Below, piece by piece: positions 46,697 through 57,175 of a stretch of 64,000 bases of DNA. The stretch's first letter is position 1, and each line of letters opens with the position of its first letter. Under the pieces are notes generated by a model. That model had not been told where the DNA came from, searched no databases, and saw only the letters and a program-made list of their open reading frames with translations. Origin of the DNA: an uncultured Methanomicrobiaceae archaeon (GTDB lineage Archaea > Halobacteriota > Methanomicrobia > Methanomicrobiales > Methanoculleaceae); the NCBI GenBank assembly GCA_963826525.1, contig CAWGXH010000004.1, positions 1 through 64,000 on the forward strand, given 5' to 3'. The translations under genes and the position numbers were made by a program.

Positions 46697-46708
46697 GGTG
46701 AGAGCGGC

Positions 46709-48318
46709 GTGACGGCCGCTGGATTCTACGACAGGATCCGTGAACAGCTCTCCTACGAGAGACTTTTTTTCCTGATTTTTCTGATCGCCGTATTCCTGCG
46801 GTTCTATCAGTTGGACTTAAAGTTCTTTCATCACGACGAAGCTATTCACGCATGGTTTTCGTATCGCCTGCTGACCGAAGGGATCTATACCTACGATCCC
46901 ATGTACCACGGGCCGCTGCTCTACTACGTCACGGCAGGGATGTTCTCCATCTTCGGGGACTCCGATCTCGTGGGCAGGCTCGTACCGGCACTTCTCGGGG
47001 TCGCGCTGGTCCCGCTCCTGTACCCGATCTACAAACTGGGGTACTTCGATAAGAAGCAGACGCTCATAGCGGCGCTCTTCGTCGCCGTATCTCCTGAGAT
47101 GGTCTACTTCTCACGGTTCCTTCGAAACGACATCTTCATCCTCTTCTTCACGCTGGTACTCCTTGTAGCCCTCCTCTACTACTTCGAGAAACGGGAGACG
47201 AAGTACGCTCTCATTGCCGGCGCCGCAGTAGGCCTCGGAATGTCCAGCAAGGAGAATATGCCGATCGTGGTTCTGATCTTCGGCTCATACCTCCTCTACC
47301 TGATCGGTACGCGGCGTCTCGAGCTTCCACGACGGTGGAAGACCGACCTCCTCCTCGGAGCCCTCGTTACAGTGGGGATTATGGCAGCCTTCTACTCCTC
47401 GTTCGGAGCTCACCCGGAGGTGCTCGCGGACGGGTGGCTCCGCGCCATCGAACACTGGGCGGCAATGCACCAGCAGCAGCGCCTCGGAGGACCGCCATAC
47501 TTCTATATCATCTTCTTCCTCCTCTACGAGGTGCCGATCTTCATCTTCGGCCTCATCGGAGTCGCCCAGTTCCTCACGGGGGACGGACGCGGCGCCCGGG
47601 CTGTCCAAAAGATACACCGGTTCTTCGCGCGAAAGGCCGATGCTGCAGCACTCCCGCCGGAGAGCCTCGATGAGGTGGCCAGCGGCAGGGTCTTCGATCG
47701 GCGGGAGGAGTTCATGCGGTTCTCCATCTACTGGCTGGTGCTCTCCATCGGCGCCTACGCCTACATAGGGGAGAAGGTGCCGTGGCTAATCATCCATCAG
47801 CTGCTTCCCCTGATCTTTGTCGCCGTGTATGCGATGACGACGAAGAAGGCAGCCGTTGCGGTCGTTGCGAGTATCTTTCTCGTCGCCATGACAGTGCACG
47901 TCGCGTACACACCGACCGATATCAATGAACCGATCGTGCAGGTGCAGAACTCCGAAGACCTCCGGGAGGTCATGGCGATGATCGACGCATCGGATAGCGT
48001 CGCCATCGCATCGGATACCTACTGGCCGCTTCCCTGGTACTGCCGGGGAGACCGGGCGGCGAAACTCTCCTACTACGGCAGTAAAGTCGACGAGAGTACC
48101 AGATCTATTCCCGTGACTTCGACATGGTTATCGCCTACGATCAGGACACCTACCCATCGCTTTCCGGCTACGACAAAGAGCGCTACAAGCTCAGTTACTG
48201 GTTCTCGTACTCCGATAACCAGGACCGGCTCGCGGAGTACTACCTCCTGCGGGACGGGAAGACGGGGAGCATGAACATCGATGTCTTCACGAAGAACGCA
48301 ACGTCGCTGTCAGGCTAA
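46709..48318 (+). CDS. Agl23-like GT-C fold membrane protein (TIGR03663-like); frameshift near the 3' end
   Basis: HHDEAIHAWF, YDPMYHGP, FSRFLRND, SKEN, EKVPWL and WPLPWY; many transmembrane helices. Confidence 0.82.
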
Positions 48319-48616
48319 GACATTCCAACTGCACTCTTTTTTCTTCCCGCCTTTCGGCAGGGTATAAACAGATCCCGGAACCATCGAAGAGGCCGCGTTG
48401 GCCAGAAAGCTCACTGACGAGAGGGGCACTCCCGAAGACTCCGTACAGGTCGACCGATAGGCATCGATCATCCACGCTTTTTCGCCCCTGAAACCACACG
48501 GAGAACACTCATGAGGTCAACACCCCGCGATGTCGCTGCGAACCCGGGCAAGCAGGGTGAAGAGAGAGCGTCTGGAAAAGGGCAGCGGGCATCTGTCTAC
48601 AGAACAGGGGAGGGCG

Positions 48617-48844
48617 ATCCGGGAAGACCGGTTCGCCCGGCCAGTCCGAAGGGATAGGGAACCGGAGCCCGCCGGGTGATGAAACCCGTACAAAGGCCGG
48701 AATGCAGAGGGGAAACCGTCCCCTCCCCCGGGAGTCTGGCGGCGCCGGGGGTTCGCGTGATGAGGAGGGCGCTCTATCCGGGGCGTGCAATCTTCGCACT
48801 ATAGAAGAGAACCTGCCAGGCGGTATTGGCTGCCGTCTCCGGAT
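48617..48844. ncRNA. Candidate structured non-coding RNA of unknown class
   Basis: Closing helix ATCCGG(GA)AGAC/GTCTCCGGAT encloses at least six nested hairpins; lies in a 580-bp gap between convergent genes. Confidence 0.5.
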
Positions 48845-48895
48845 GAAGGGTCGTATGAGAATGCAAAAAAGAGTGAAACAGAGGGGGATAGCATT

Positions 48896-49995
48896 TCAGC
48901 CGAGTTCGTCCCATTTCCCGCGTCTGCGATAGACGACAACAGCGCCCACGACAAGCAGAATCAGGACGACACCGACACCGATGTAGAGGAGGATACTGCC
49001 GAAGTTAAAGGAGAGACCGTCGCCGATCTCGGTTCTGAGGGCAGTAGCGTCATTGAGAGCTTCTGTCGCCTTCGTCTCGGCGTCACCGGCCTTTGTTCTG
49101 GCAGCAGCGTAGTTTCCCTTCGTGAGTTCGTCCGATGCCGTCGTGTCGTACTGCACGGCGCTCTCCCGCGTGGTGATAACAGCAACGACTCGTGCATCAG
49201 AGCCCATCGAACGGTTGTCCTTGAAGTAGGTGATAAGATCGTCCACCTGCTGGATCGTCGCCGCCGCATCGCCGACGTCCTTCTCGGCCCACGCCTTCTC
49301 GAGCAGAGTCGCGGCGTCGTCCATATTAGTCTTGGCGGTAGCAAGGAGCGTAGCAGCCTGGGTCGCGCTCGCCGCCTCGGCACTATCGATGGCAGTGGAC
49401 GCCGTATTGTACTTGGCCGTGGCTGCCGTCACATCGACGCCTTCGGCAGCCCTCTGATCGATACTCGCCTTCAGATCGGAGAGCTGCTTCTCCCGCGCTG
49501 TGAGCTGGCTTGCGACCTCTGCGGGGTTCAGAACGTCGCGGGTGACGACGTGATCGTCGACGACCCGTCCATTTGCCATATGCTCGATCTTGATGACCTC
49601 GACAGTTCCCGTTGAGGCGGATGGTGCCGCCCCCGCAGCTGAACGTCGAGCTCGACGTCACCCCCATAGTCGAGTTCGAACTCAGTGAGCGTGGGGTAGA
49701 AGCCCCCTTTGGTGACCGTGTTGATGGCAACGCCATCCCGGTAGATGGTAAACGTCCATACGGGGTTCTGCAGTCCGGTGCTGAAGTCAAAGGACTCGTC
49801 GTTTCCCTGACTCGACCCCGTCGTCGTCATCGAGTATGCAATCTTATAGTGCGCCGTGACCTGCTGACCCGGTTCGAGTGCGCCGCTCGCGGGACTGACA
49901 GTCTCCGTAGTGATAGTAAATGCCGATGCTGCCTGCACGGCACAGACGAGTGCCAGCAGGAGAATGATGACTCTGTAAATTGATCTCACGTGCAT
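48896..49995 (-). CDS. Secreted, C-terminally membrane-anchored protein (beta-rich N-domain, Ala-rich helical stalk); frameshift near 49620
   Basis: Signal peptide MHVRSIYRVIILLLALVCAVQAASA; coiled-coil-like region; transmembrane helix followed by RRRGKWDELG. Confidence 0.75.
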
Positions 49996-49999
49996 CACC

Positions 50000-51169
50000 T
50001 CATTCGAATAATGGTTCGATACCTTCGTCAAACATTGAAGAACGCTTATCCTTCGCTCGCAGTACATCTTCTTTGGTTGCTTTGGCGATCTCCAGGAGGT
50101 CGGTGATCCTCGGGGCGTTTTCGATGGTAGCGAGGACGACCACGGCAGCGATGTAATCGCTCGATACCGGATAGTCGCCGCCACGCACCTCAACCCCGGC
50201 GATGTTCTCCTCGACCCAGCTCTTGGACTTCTCGACACCCTTTCTGTCCATCTCCTGCGGCGGTCCTGCCAGGAGAACAAGAGCACGCTCCGCCGACGAG
50301 TAATCGCACGGCAGAGTAAGGCGCCCGAGCATGGCACGCCTGACAAGAGCGATGATCTTGGCCGACTTATCCTCGCCCGTCAACAGCACATCCTCAGCCT
50401 TCTCCTTCTTCTTCATAAAGTTACCGAGGATGCCCTGTTTCTGCTTGATGCGTGGGTTTATTCTCTCACTGATAGCATACCCGACACTGCTGATGCCACC
50501 GCCGCGCAGCGTATTGATAATCTCGCTCGAATCGACGACCATCTCACCGACACCGGCCGTACCGATCTCACCGGCACGGAAGAGCACCCCGAAACGGCGG
50601 ACAATCTCATCGTTTAACCGGTTGTAGGCATCCTTGACACTCTCGCCCTCGTTCTTCCAGGCGCTGTTATCGAAGAGGAACGTATTATCCGCCTCGTTGA
50701 CGAGGGTGCTGAGACTTCTGGCGGCGTTATAGGAGTACAGACGACCCTCTTCGGGCGCCGGCAGAATACCGATAGCATAGACCGGTTCCCGGTAAATTCG
50801 CTTTAAGTGACGGGCGAGCACCGGGGTGCCACCCGAGCCGGTACCCCCGCCGAGACCGGAGACGATGACGAATGCATCGATATCGTGCGTCCCCCGGGAG
50901 TCGATGGCGTTGATGATACTGTCGATCTCGTCCGCCGTCACCCGAGCCCCGGTGACGTTATCGGTGCCGACACCGTGTCCTTTCACCACGGTCTGCCCGA
51001 TCAGCAGTCGATCCTTCATCTCTATACTCTTGATGCCCATCAGGTCAGTCCGCGCCGTATTCACGGCGATTCCCCGGAAACTTTGGGTCGGCATTTTTTT
51101 GTCCTGTTCTATGAACATATCGACAATTTTGCCGCCGGCCTGACCAAATCCTATGAAAAAGACCCTCAT
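50000..51169 (-). CDS. cetZ: Tubulin/FtsZ-superfamily protein, CetZ-like
   Basis: IGFGQAGGKI, KGHGVG, GLGGGTGSG, FDN, VVDSSEIINTL and GRLTLPC; C-terminal IEPLFE. Confidence 0.85.
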   Translation of the reverse strand: MRVFFIGFGQAGGKIVDMFIEQDKKMPTQSFRGIAVNTARTDLMGIKSIEMKDRLLIGQTVVKGHGVGTDNVTGARVTADEIDSIINAIDSRGTHDIDAFVIVSGLGGGTGSGGTPVLARHLKRIYREPVYAIGILPAPEEGRLYSYNAARSLSTLVNEADNTFLFDNSAWKNEGESVKDAYNRLNDEIVRRFGVLFRAGEIGTAGVGEMVVDSSEIINTLRGGGISSVGYAISERINPRIKQKQGILGNFMKKKEKAEDVLLTGEDKSAKIIALVRRAMLGRLTLPCDYSSAERALVLLAGPPQEMDRKGVEKSKSWVEENIAGVEVRGGDYPVSSDYIAAVVVLATIENAPRITDLLEIAKATKEDVLRAKDKRSSMFDEGIEPLFE

Positions 51170-51282
51170 CTGGTTACACACCCTCTGTTCGGCTAACAGG
51201 TAGTATTGACGTTTATGTATAAAGACGTTTTATATTATTCAACTCAAAAACCTTCTCATAGTTTTTACATACCGGGTGAACA

Positions 51283-52519
51283 ATGAAGATTTGCATAATT
51301 GGCGGAGGATTATGCGGCCTTACGGCTGCACGGGAACTTGCCGACAGGGCGGAAGTCACCCTTGTCGAGAGAAGACCGATCCTCGGCGGCTGCCTCGCAT
51401 CGTATAGCATCGACGGCTACTCCATCGAACAGTACTATCACCACTGCTTCACCGACGATTCCCGCCTTCTGAACCTCTTTAACGAACTCGGAATTGCGGA
51501 TCGGCTCGAGTGGCTTCAGGGCACCACCGGGTACTATGCCGAGAGCACCGTCTATCCGCTGACCACCCCGACCGAGATCTTCAAATACCCCTACCTTTCG
51601 CTCACCGACAAGGCACGCCTCGCATGGCTTACCCTCCGATCGAAACGCTTCGATCTCGAATCGCTCGACACCGTCACCGCGAAAGATTTCATCCTCGAGA
51701 ACCTCGGCTCCGGCGTCTATACATCGTTCTTCGAACCGCTCCTGCGCAGCAAATTCGGGGAGCGCAGCGATGAGGTCTCGGCGGCCTGGCTCATCTCCCG
51801 GATAGCCATCAGGTCGAACCGGGGCGCAGGCGGGGAACGCCTCGGATACATACGGGGCGGCTTTGAGTGCCTCATCGATCGCCTCGGAGGAGGATCTGGT
51901 TCGGAAGGGCTGCTCCATCACCACCGGCAGACCGGCTTTGGCGATCGAGCGGCAGGGTGCACGCTGGCTGGTGAACGGCGAACCATATGATATCGTGCTC
52001 TCCACGATACCTCCACAGGAGACGGCACGACTATCCGACATGGATATTGCCCCGATCCCGTATCAGGGGGCGGCATGCATGACGCTCGCCCTCTCCCGGG
52101 ACGTTACGAACGGCATTTACTGGCTCAATATGAAAGACCCCGCCCCGTACGGCGCCGTAGTCTCGCATACGAACTTCGCCCCGCCCGAGTGGTATAACGG
52201 CGACCGCCTGATCTACCTCGCCTCCTACTTTGCAGGAAGCCTCCCCGGAACCTTCGAAAGGACGATGCTCACCGACTTCTGCAGGCGTTTTGGCGTGCAG
52301 GAGAGCGAGGTTCTCTGGCATCGGATGGCTGTCGACCCCTATGCAGGACCGATCTACACAACCGGCCTTCGCCGGCAGATCCCGGACTACGAGCAGCACG
52401 GACTGTTCATGGCGGGGATGTTCAGCCTCCCGAACTATCCCGAGCGGAGCATGGAGGGATCGGTGGTCGCAGCAGAAGAGGTCGCACGCCGGATACGCAC
52501 GAGGTCTCTCGATGAATGA
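51283..52519 (+). CDS. NAD(P)/FAD-dependent oxidoreductase (protoporphyrinogen oxidase-like fold); frameshift near 51890
   Basis: IIGGGLCGL, LGG, EQYYHH, VSAAWL and YPERSMEG. Confidence 0.85.
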
Positions 52520-53231
52520 GATAGAAGTCAGCTGCGTCCTTCCGGTCTACAACGACCGCGAAGCGCTTACGGTTGCCGTTCCTCGATCGGTCGAATGCCT
52601 GGAAACGATTGCTCCGGGGAAGTTCGAGGTGCTCGTCGCCGAAGACGGCAGTACCGACGGAAGCGCGGAGCTCGTGGCCGGCCTTGCCCGAGAGGACAAC
52701 CGCATCCGCCTCCTGCACAGCGACGAAAGGCTCGGCCGGGGAAGAGCCTTGAGCCGCGCATTCACGACGGCGCGCGGCTCGATCGTCTGCTACTACGACG
52801 TCGACCTCGCCACCGACATCCAGCACCTCCCCGAGCTCATCGGTGCTATCCGCCAGGGATACGATATCGCTACCGGCTCGCGCCTGCTCCCGACGAGCGA
52901 TATCGTCAGGAGCGGCGACCGTGAGATCGCAAGCAGGGGATATAACCGACTGGTCAGAACGATCCTGCGGAGCAGCCTTTACGATCACCAGTGCGGGTTC
53001 AAGGCGTTCAACCGCGCACGCCTCCTCGACCTGCTTCCCACCGTATCGTCGAACCATTGGTTCTGGGATACCGAGGTGCTGGTTCGGGCAGAGCGGAACG
53101 GATACCGAATACGTGAGTTCCCGGTCAGGTGGCGGCAGGGTGCGGGAACGACGGTAAGGCGCAAAGACATCGTCGAGATGGGAACGGCGATCCTCTCCCT
53201 CTGGTGGCAACTGCATGCTGAGAAGAGTTAG
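52512..53231 (+). CDS. GT2 dolichyl-phosphate hexosyltransferase (AglD/Alg5-like)
   Basis: LPVYN, EDGSTDG, DVD, GSR, DHQCGFKAF and WFWDTEVL. Confidence 0.9.
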   Translation: MNEIEVSCVLPVYNDREALTVAVPRSVECLETIAPGKFEVLVAEDGSTDGSAELVAGLAREDNRIRLLHSDERLGRGRALSRAFTTARGSIVCYYDVDLATDIQHLPELIGAIRQGYDIATGSRLLPTSDIVRSGDREIASRGYNRLVRTILRSSLYDHQCGFKAFNRARLLDLLPTVSSNHWFWDTEVLVRAERNGYRIREFPVRWRQGAGTTVRRKDIVEMGTAILSLWWQLHAEKS

Positions 53232-54189
53232 CGCGATCGTCCTCCCTACTCTGGTAGCGGTGGCGATCATCGCCTACATGCTCTACCGGGTCTGGGGCAG
53301 CCTCCTCGTCACGCTCGAGCATATCGTTCTCCCCTTTCTCTTCGCCGCCGTCGTCATCTGCATACTGGCGTGGTTTCTGCGGGGAGTGCGTTACCGCTCC
53401 ATCCTCCGAGGGCTCGCGATAGAAGAGGGCGTCTGGTTCTCGACGGCGTGCATATTCATCTCCCAGACCGCAAATCTGATCGTTCCTGCCCGTCTCGGGG
53501 ATTTTGTCCGGATGCTCATCCTCAAGCACGAGGACGACGCCACCTACTCGCAGGGATTCTCCTCGATCGTCGTCGAGCGTATCTTCGACGTCCTGATGAT
53601 AGCAGTGCTCGGCCTCATCGCGCTGCCTTTCGTCCTCAATGTGCCGGACTGGTTCGTAACGGTCATCGCCCTCCCCATCGTGGCGGGAGGGGTTTTCTTC
53701 GTCTTCCTCCTCTACTCAGGAAGATTCAGTTCGGAGAACAAATACATCGGGATGCTTCTCCGGGTGCTCGAGGAGGTGCGCGAAGCGTCGCTCCACCCGA
53801 GGGCACTCGCCGTGCTCAGCGCATCCTCGCTCCTCATCTGGATCCTCGATGTCTTCGTCGCGGTCGCGGTCGTGGCGATGTTCCAGGAGACGATCCCCTT
53901 CCCGGTGGTGGTGCTCGCGATCGTTATCGGCAACCTCGTCAAGGCTGTTCCGATCACGCCGGGCGGCGTCGGCACCTACGAGCTCGCGCTTGCCCTGACC
54001 TTCGAGGTCGCGGGAACCGCCGCAGCCACGGCGACTCTGATAGCCGTTATCGACCACCTTATCAAAAATATGGTCACCCTGGTCGGCGGTGTCCTGTCCA
54101 TCTACTACTTCGGCGACTGGTCGGTCGCCCTGATGAAGAAGGCGTTCAACAAAGAACTCGATATGGAGGAGTCGTTTGGCAGCAGGTGA
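53215..54189 (+). CDS. Lysylphosphatidylglycerol-synthase TM / flippase-like membrane protein
   Basis: ANLIVPARLGDFVR, ERIFD and PITPGGVGTYE. Confidence 0.88.
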   Translation: MLRRVSAIVLPTLVAVAIIAYMLYRVWGSLLVTLEHIVLPFLFAAVVICILAWFLRGVRYRSILRGLAIEEGVWFSTACIFISQTANLIVPARLGDFVRMLILKHEDDATYSQGFSSIVVERIFDVLMIAVLGLIALPFVLNVPDWFVTVIALPIVAGGVFFVFLLYSGRFSSENKYIGMLLRVLEEVREASLHPRALAVLSASSLLIWILDVFVAVAVVAMFQETIPFPVVVLAIVIGNLVKAVPITPGGVGTYELALALTFEVAGTAAATATLIAVIDHLIKNMVTLVGGVLSIYYFGDWSVALMKKAFNKELDMEESFGSR

Positions 54190-56182
54190 ATCGCAGATAC
54201 TCTTCGTGCTGGCCTGGCTGGTCACGATAAAGGTGCTCCAGCTCGGAGCCTGGCCGGCTCTCGACCGTACCTTCGGGCGGCTTGCACCGGCGATCGCCTA
54301 TCCGGCCTCAATCCTGATCTTTGCCGCCGCATCCTGGTACCTGGGGCTCGTCGGCCTTCCGGTCTGGCTTGCCCTCCTCCCCTTCGCAGCCCTCCTCGGC
54401 TACGGCGGGTACACGGGATTTTACACCCGTGAGAGGCTTTCAGCGGGTGCACGCTGGGATATGGTCTTCCTGATACCCTTCCTCTTCATGCTCGAGGTGC
54501 GCTACATCAACCCGACCATCTCGTACGCGGAGAAGTTCATGGATCACGCCTTCATCGCGTCGATCATGCACACGCCGACGGTTCCGCCCCTCGATCCCTG
54601 GTATGCCGGGGGGACGCTCGCCATGTACTACTACTTCGGATACTGGATCTTCGGAGCGTTCGGCCTTGCCACCGGTGTCCCCTCTCCGGTGACCTTCAAC
54701 CTCGTGCTCCCGACGGTCTTCGGTCTTGCTGCCGTATCCCTCTACGCTCTCGGGCACCTGATAATGGAACGTTACCGGTGGCTCCTGCTCCTCCCTCTCT
54801 TCATCCCAAACCCTTCCGCGATCTACCAGATGCTGATCGGCAGCACCTGGTTTGACGTACTCTGGCAGAGTACACGGACGATCCCCGATACCATCAACGA
54901 GTACCCGATCTTCTCGATGCTCTGGGGCGACCCCCACCCCCACGTCATCGGGATCTTCAACCAGGTCTTCCTGCTGCTGATCCTCGTCTTCGCCCTCGTG
55001 AAGTGGGAGGACCTTGCCACGAAGGGGCGACTCGTCGTCTGCGGCCTTGCGGCGGTGAGCCTTGGAGCAATGCCCGGGATCAACACCTGGGATGTCCTCG
55101 TGTACGCCCCCATCGTCGTCATATTCGGCATTCTCATCTGGTGGCGCTCCGACAGAAGCCTCTCGGGGGCAAAGCAGTCTTGGATGCTGCTTCTTGCCGT
55201 GCCGCCGCTCTCGATTGCGCTGTATCTCCCCTACTATCTGCAGCTCCAGAGTGCCGGGGTCGAGGGGGTCGGGATCGTGCCGACGCCCTCCGACCCGGGT
55301 GCGTTCCTGCTCGTTCACGGGTTCTTCCTCGCGATCCTCTTCGCCTACTGTGCACGCGATATCGTAAAAAAACCATATATTCTCCTCGTTACAGTGCCTT
55401 TTCTGGCGACGGGCTACTTCGCCGCCGCCATTGCAGCCGTTCCGCTCGCCTACCTCCTTGCCCGGCGCCGCCTCACGGTACCGGAGCGACTGGCCGTCAT
55501 CGGCCTCGCCATCATCCTCATCACCGAGATCTTCTACCTGAAGGACAACATGGGCGAGACCTATTACCGGATGAATACGATATTCAAGTTCTACCTGCCG
55601 GCATGGATCCTGATGGGCACCGCCGGTTTCGCCATCATCGCAGGGTGGCTCGATAAAGCCGGGGTTATGGATCGGATATCGGAACGCTCCGCCCGGGCAC
55701 TCCCGGTGCTCGCGGTAGTGCTCCTTCTCGCCGCCCCGTTCGCGATTAACGTCGACTTCGGCTACGGCACCCATACCCTCGACGGGCTTGCATACCTCGA
55801 TAGTGCGCACCCCGGCGACGCAGCGGCGGTGGCGTATCTTCGCAGCCTCGAAGGTGATCAGCGGATCGTTGAAGCGGAGGGCGGCGACTACACCTATTGT
55901 TCGCGGATCTCATCGTTCACGGGCATTCCCACCATCATCGGGATGCCGTTTCACGAGTATATGTGGCGGAACGACTGGCCGTCCGTCGCGGAGCGGACAG
56001 ACGACGTCCGTGCAATCTACGAAGAACCCTCGCGCACCGTCGAACTGATGCGGAAGTACGACGCTACAATCCTCTACGTCGGCGATCCGGAACGGGAGAA
56101 GTACCGGGTTTCGCTCCCGGCGGAAGGACTCATCGAGATCTATAACAAGCAGGGCGTACAGATCTACCGGGTAACCCCCTGA
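54176..56182 (+). CDS. DUF2298 (YYY) membrane protein, probable GT-C fold
   Basis: EKFMD, PPLDPWYAG, YYYFG, TINEYP, GDPHPH, NTWD and RMNTIFKFY. Confidence 0.85.
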   Translation: MAAGESQILFVLAWLVTIKVLQLGAWPALDRTFGRLAPAIAYPASILIFAAASWYLGLVGLPVWLALLPFAALLGYGGYTGFYTRERLSAGARWDMVFLIPFLFMLEVRYINPTISYAEKFMDHAFIASIMHTPTVPPLDPWYAGGTLAMYYYFGYWIFGAFGLATGVPSPVTFNLVLPTVFGLAAVSLYALGHLIMERYRWLLLLPLFIPNPSAIYQMLIGSTWFDVLWQSTRTIPDTINEYPIFSMLWGDPHPHVIGIFNQVFLLLILVFALVKWEDLATKGRLVVCGLAAVSLGAMPGINTWDVLVYAPIVVIFGILIWWRSDRSLSGAKQSWMLLLAVPPLSIALYLPYYLQLQSAGVEGVGIVPTPSDPGAFLLVHGFFLAILFAYCARDIVKKPYILLVTVPFLATGYFAAAIAAVPLAYLLARRRLTVPERLAVIGLAIILITEIFYLKDNMGETYYRMNTIFKFYLPAWILMGTAGFAIIAGWLDKAGVMDRISERSARALPVLAVVLLLAAPFAINVDFGYGTHTLDGLAYLDSAHPGDAAAVAYLRSLEGDQRIVEAEGGDYTYCSRISSFTGIPTIIGMPFHEYMWRNDWPSVAERTDDVRAIYEEPSRTVELMRKYDATILYVGDPEREKYRVSLPAEGLIEIYNKQGVQIYRVTP

Positions 56183-56323
56183 ATAAACGCAGCCGGGTCA
56201 GTGAGAGCCCGACAGGGAAACGGCGACTGCCTGATCGGCATCATCACGCTTCCGGAGAGAGGGAGCAGGAATTCACCCGGATAACAAACATTTATCCCTC
56301 CGGTAATTGAAATAATATAGTGA

Positions 56324-56380
56324 CATTCGATCATCAACTGATGAATGATGAAGGAGACGAGCTGCTCCTGAATGAGGTGA
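56324..56380 (+). promoter_or_regulatory. rpl7ae 5' UTR kink-turn (putative autoregulatory element)
   Basis: GAT bulge + GA-AGGAG-loop-CTCCT-GA (56347-56371) immediately before the GAGGTGA ribosome-binding site. Confidence 0.6.
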
Positions 56381-56383
56381 GTT

Positions 56384-56752
56384 ATGGCAAAGGTATACGT
56401 TAAATTCGAGATTCCGGATGATATCCAGAATAAGGCGCTTGAAGCACTTGAGATCGCACGCGACACCGGTAAGGTCAAAAAGGGCTCAAACGAAGCGACC
56501 AAGGCAGTCGAGCGCAGCATTGCCCAGCTGGTTCTCATCGGCGCAGATGTTGAGCCTGAAGAGATTGTGATGCACCTGCCCCCCCTCTGCGACGAGAAGC
56601 AGATCACGTACATCTTCATCAGCAAGCAGAACGATATCGGCGCCGCAAGCGGCCTTGATGTGGGTTCCGCGGCTGCTGCGATTGTAAAGCCCGGCAAGGC
56701 AAAGGAACTCGTCGAAGAGATTGCCAAGCAGGTCAGCGCACTGAGAGCGTGA
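56384..56752 (+). CDS. rpl7ae: 50S ribosomal protein L7Ae (eL8)
   Basis: [13 protein letters not shown] and [12 protein letters not shown]. Confidence 0.97.
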   Translation: MAKVYVKFEIPDDIQNKALEALEIARDTGKVKKGSNEATKAVERSIAQLVLIGADVEPEEIVMHLPPLCDEKQITYIFISKQNDIGAASGLDVGSAAAAIVKPGKAKELVEEIAKQVSALRA

Positions 56753-56762
56753 GGTAATTTCT

Positions 56763-56972
56763 ATGGCAAACGACGGAACGCCTGCAGAAGTGATTGAAGT
56801 CATCGGCATCACCGGGATGCACGGTGAGGCACAGCAGGTAAAGTGCCGCATTCTCGACGGACCGAACAAAGGGCGTATCATCACCCGCAATACGGTAGGC
56901 CCGATCCGGGAAGGCGATATCCTCTCGCTGCTCGAAACCGAGCGCGAGGCCAAGAAACTCTCGAGACGGTGA
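56763..56972 (+). CDS. rps28e: 30S ribosomal protein S28e
   Basis: [16 protein letters not shown] and LETEREA. Confidence 0.97.
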   Translation: MANDGTPAEVIEVIGITGMHGEAQQVKCRILDGPNKGRIITRNTVGPIREGDILSLLETEREAKKLSRR

Positions 56973-56977
56973 AGTGA

Positions 56978-57169
56978 ATGGTAGAGACATACGTGTGCAA
57001 TTTCTGCGGGGAGCAGCTTGAGCCCGGCACCGGCAAGATGTTCGTCCGCAAGGACGGAGCCCTCTTCTACTTCTGCAGCACCAAGTGCCAGAACAACTAC
57101 AAGCTCGGCAGGGTGCCGCGCCGTGTCGAATGGACGGCCGCCGGGCGCAAGGCACGTGGAAAAGAGTGA
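56978..57169 (+). CDS. rpl24e: 50S ribosomal protein L24e
   Basis: CNFCG..EPGTG.MFV..DG and FCSTKC. Confidence 0.97.
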   Translation: MVETYVCNFCGEQLEPGTGKMFVRKDGALFYFCSTKCQNNYKLGRVPRRVEWTAAGRKARGKE

Positions 57170-57175
57170 TGCAGG

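Noticed and set aside
48319-48895. RNase P RNA, SRP RNA or cobalamin riboswitch
   Set aside because: No GAGGAAAGTCC / ACAnAA..GGCTTA pair on either strand, no canonical SRP helix 8 (CAGG-CCC-GGAA-GGG-AGCA), no B12-box elements beyond a partial ACCTGCC, and it is not upstream of a gene.
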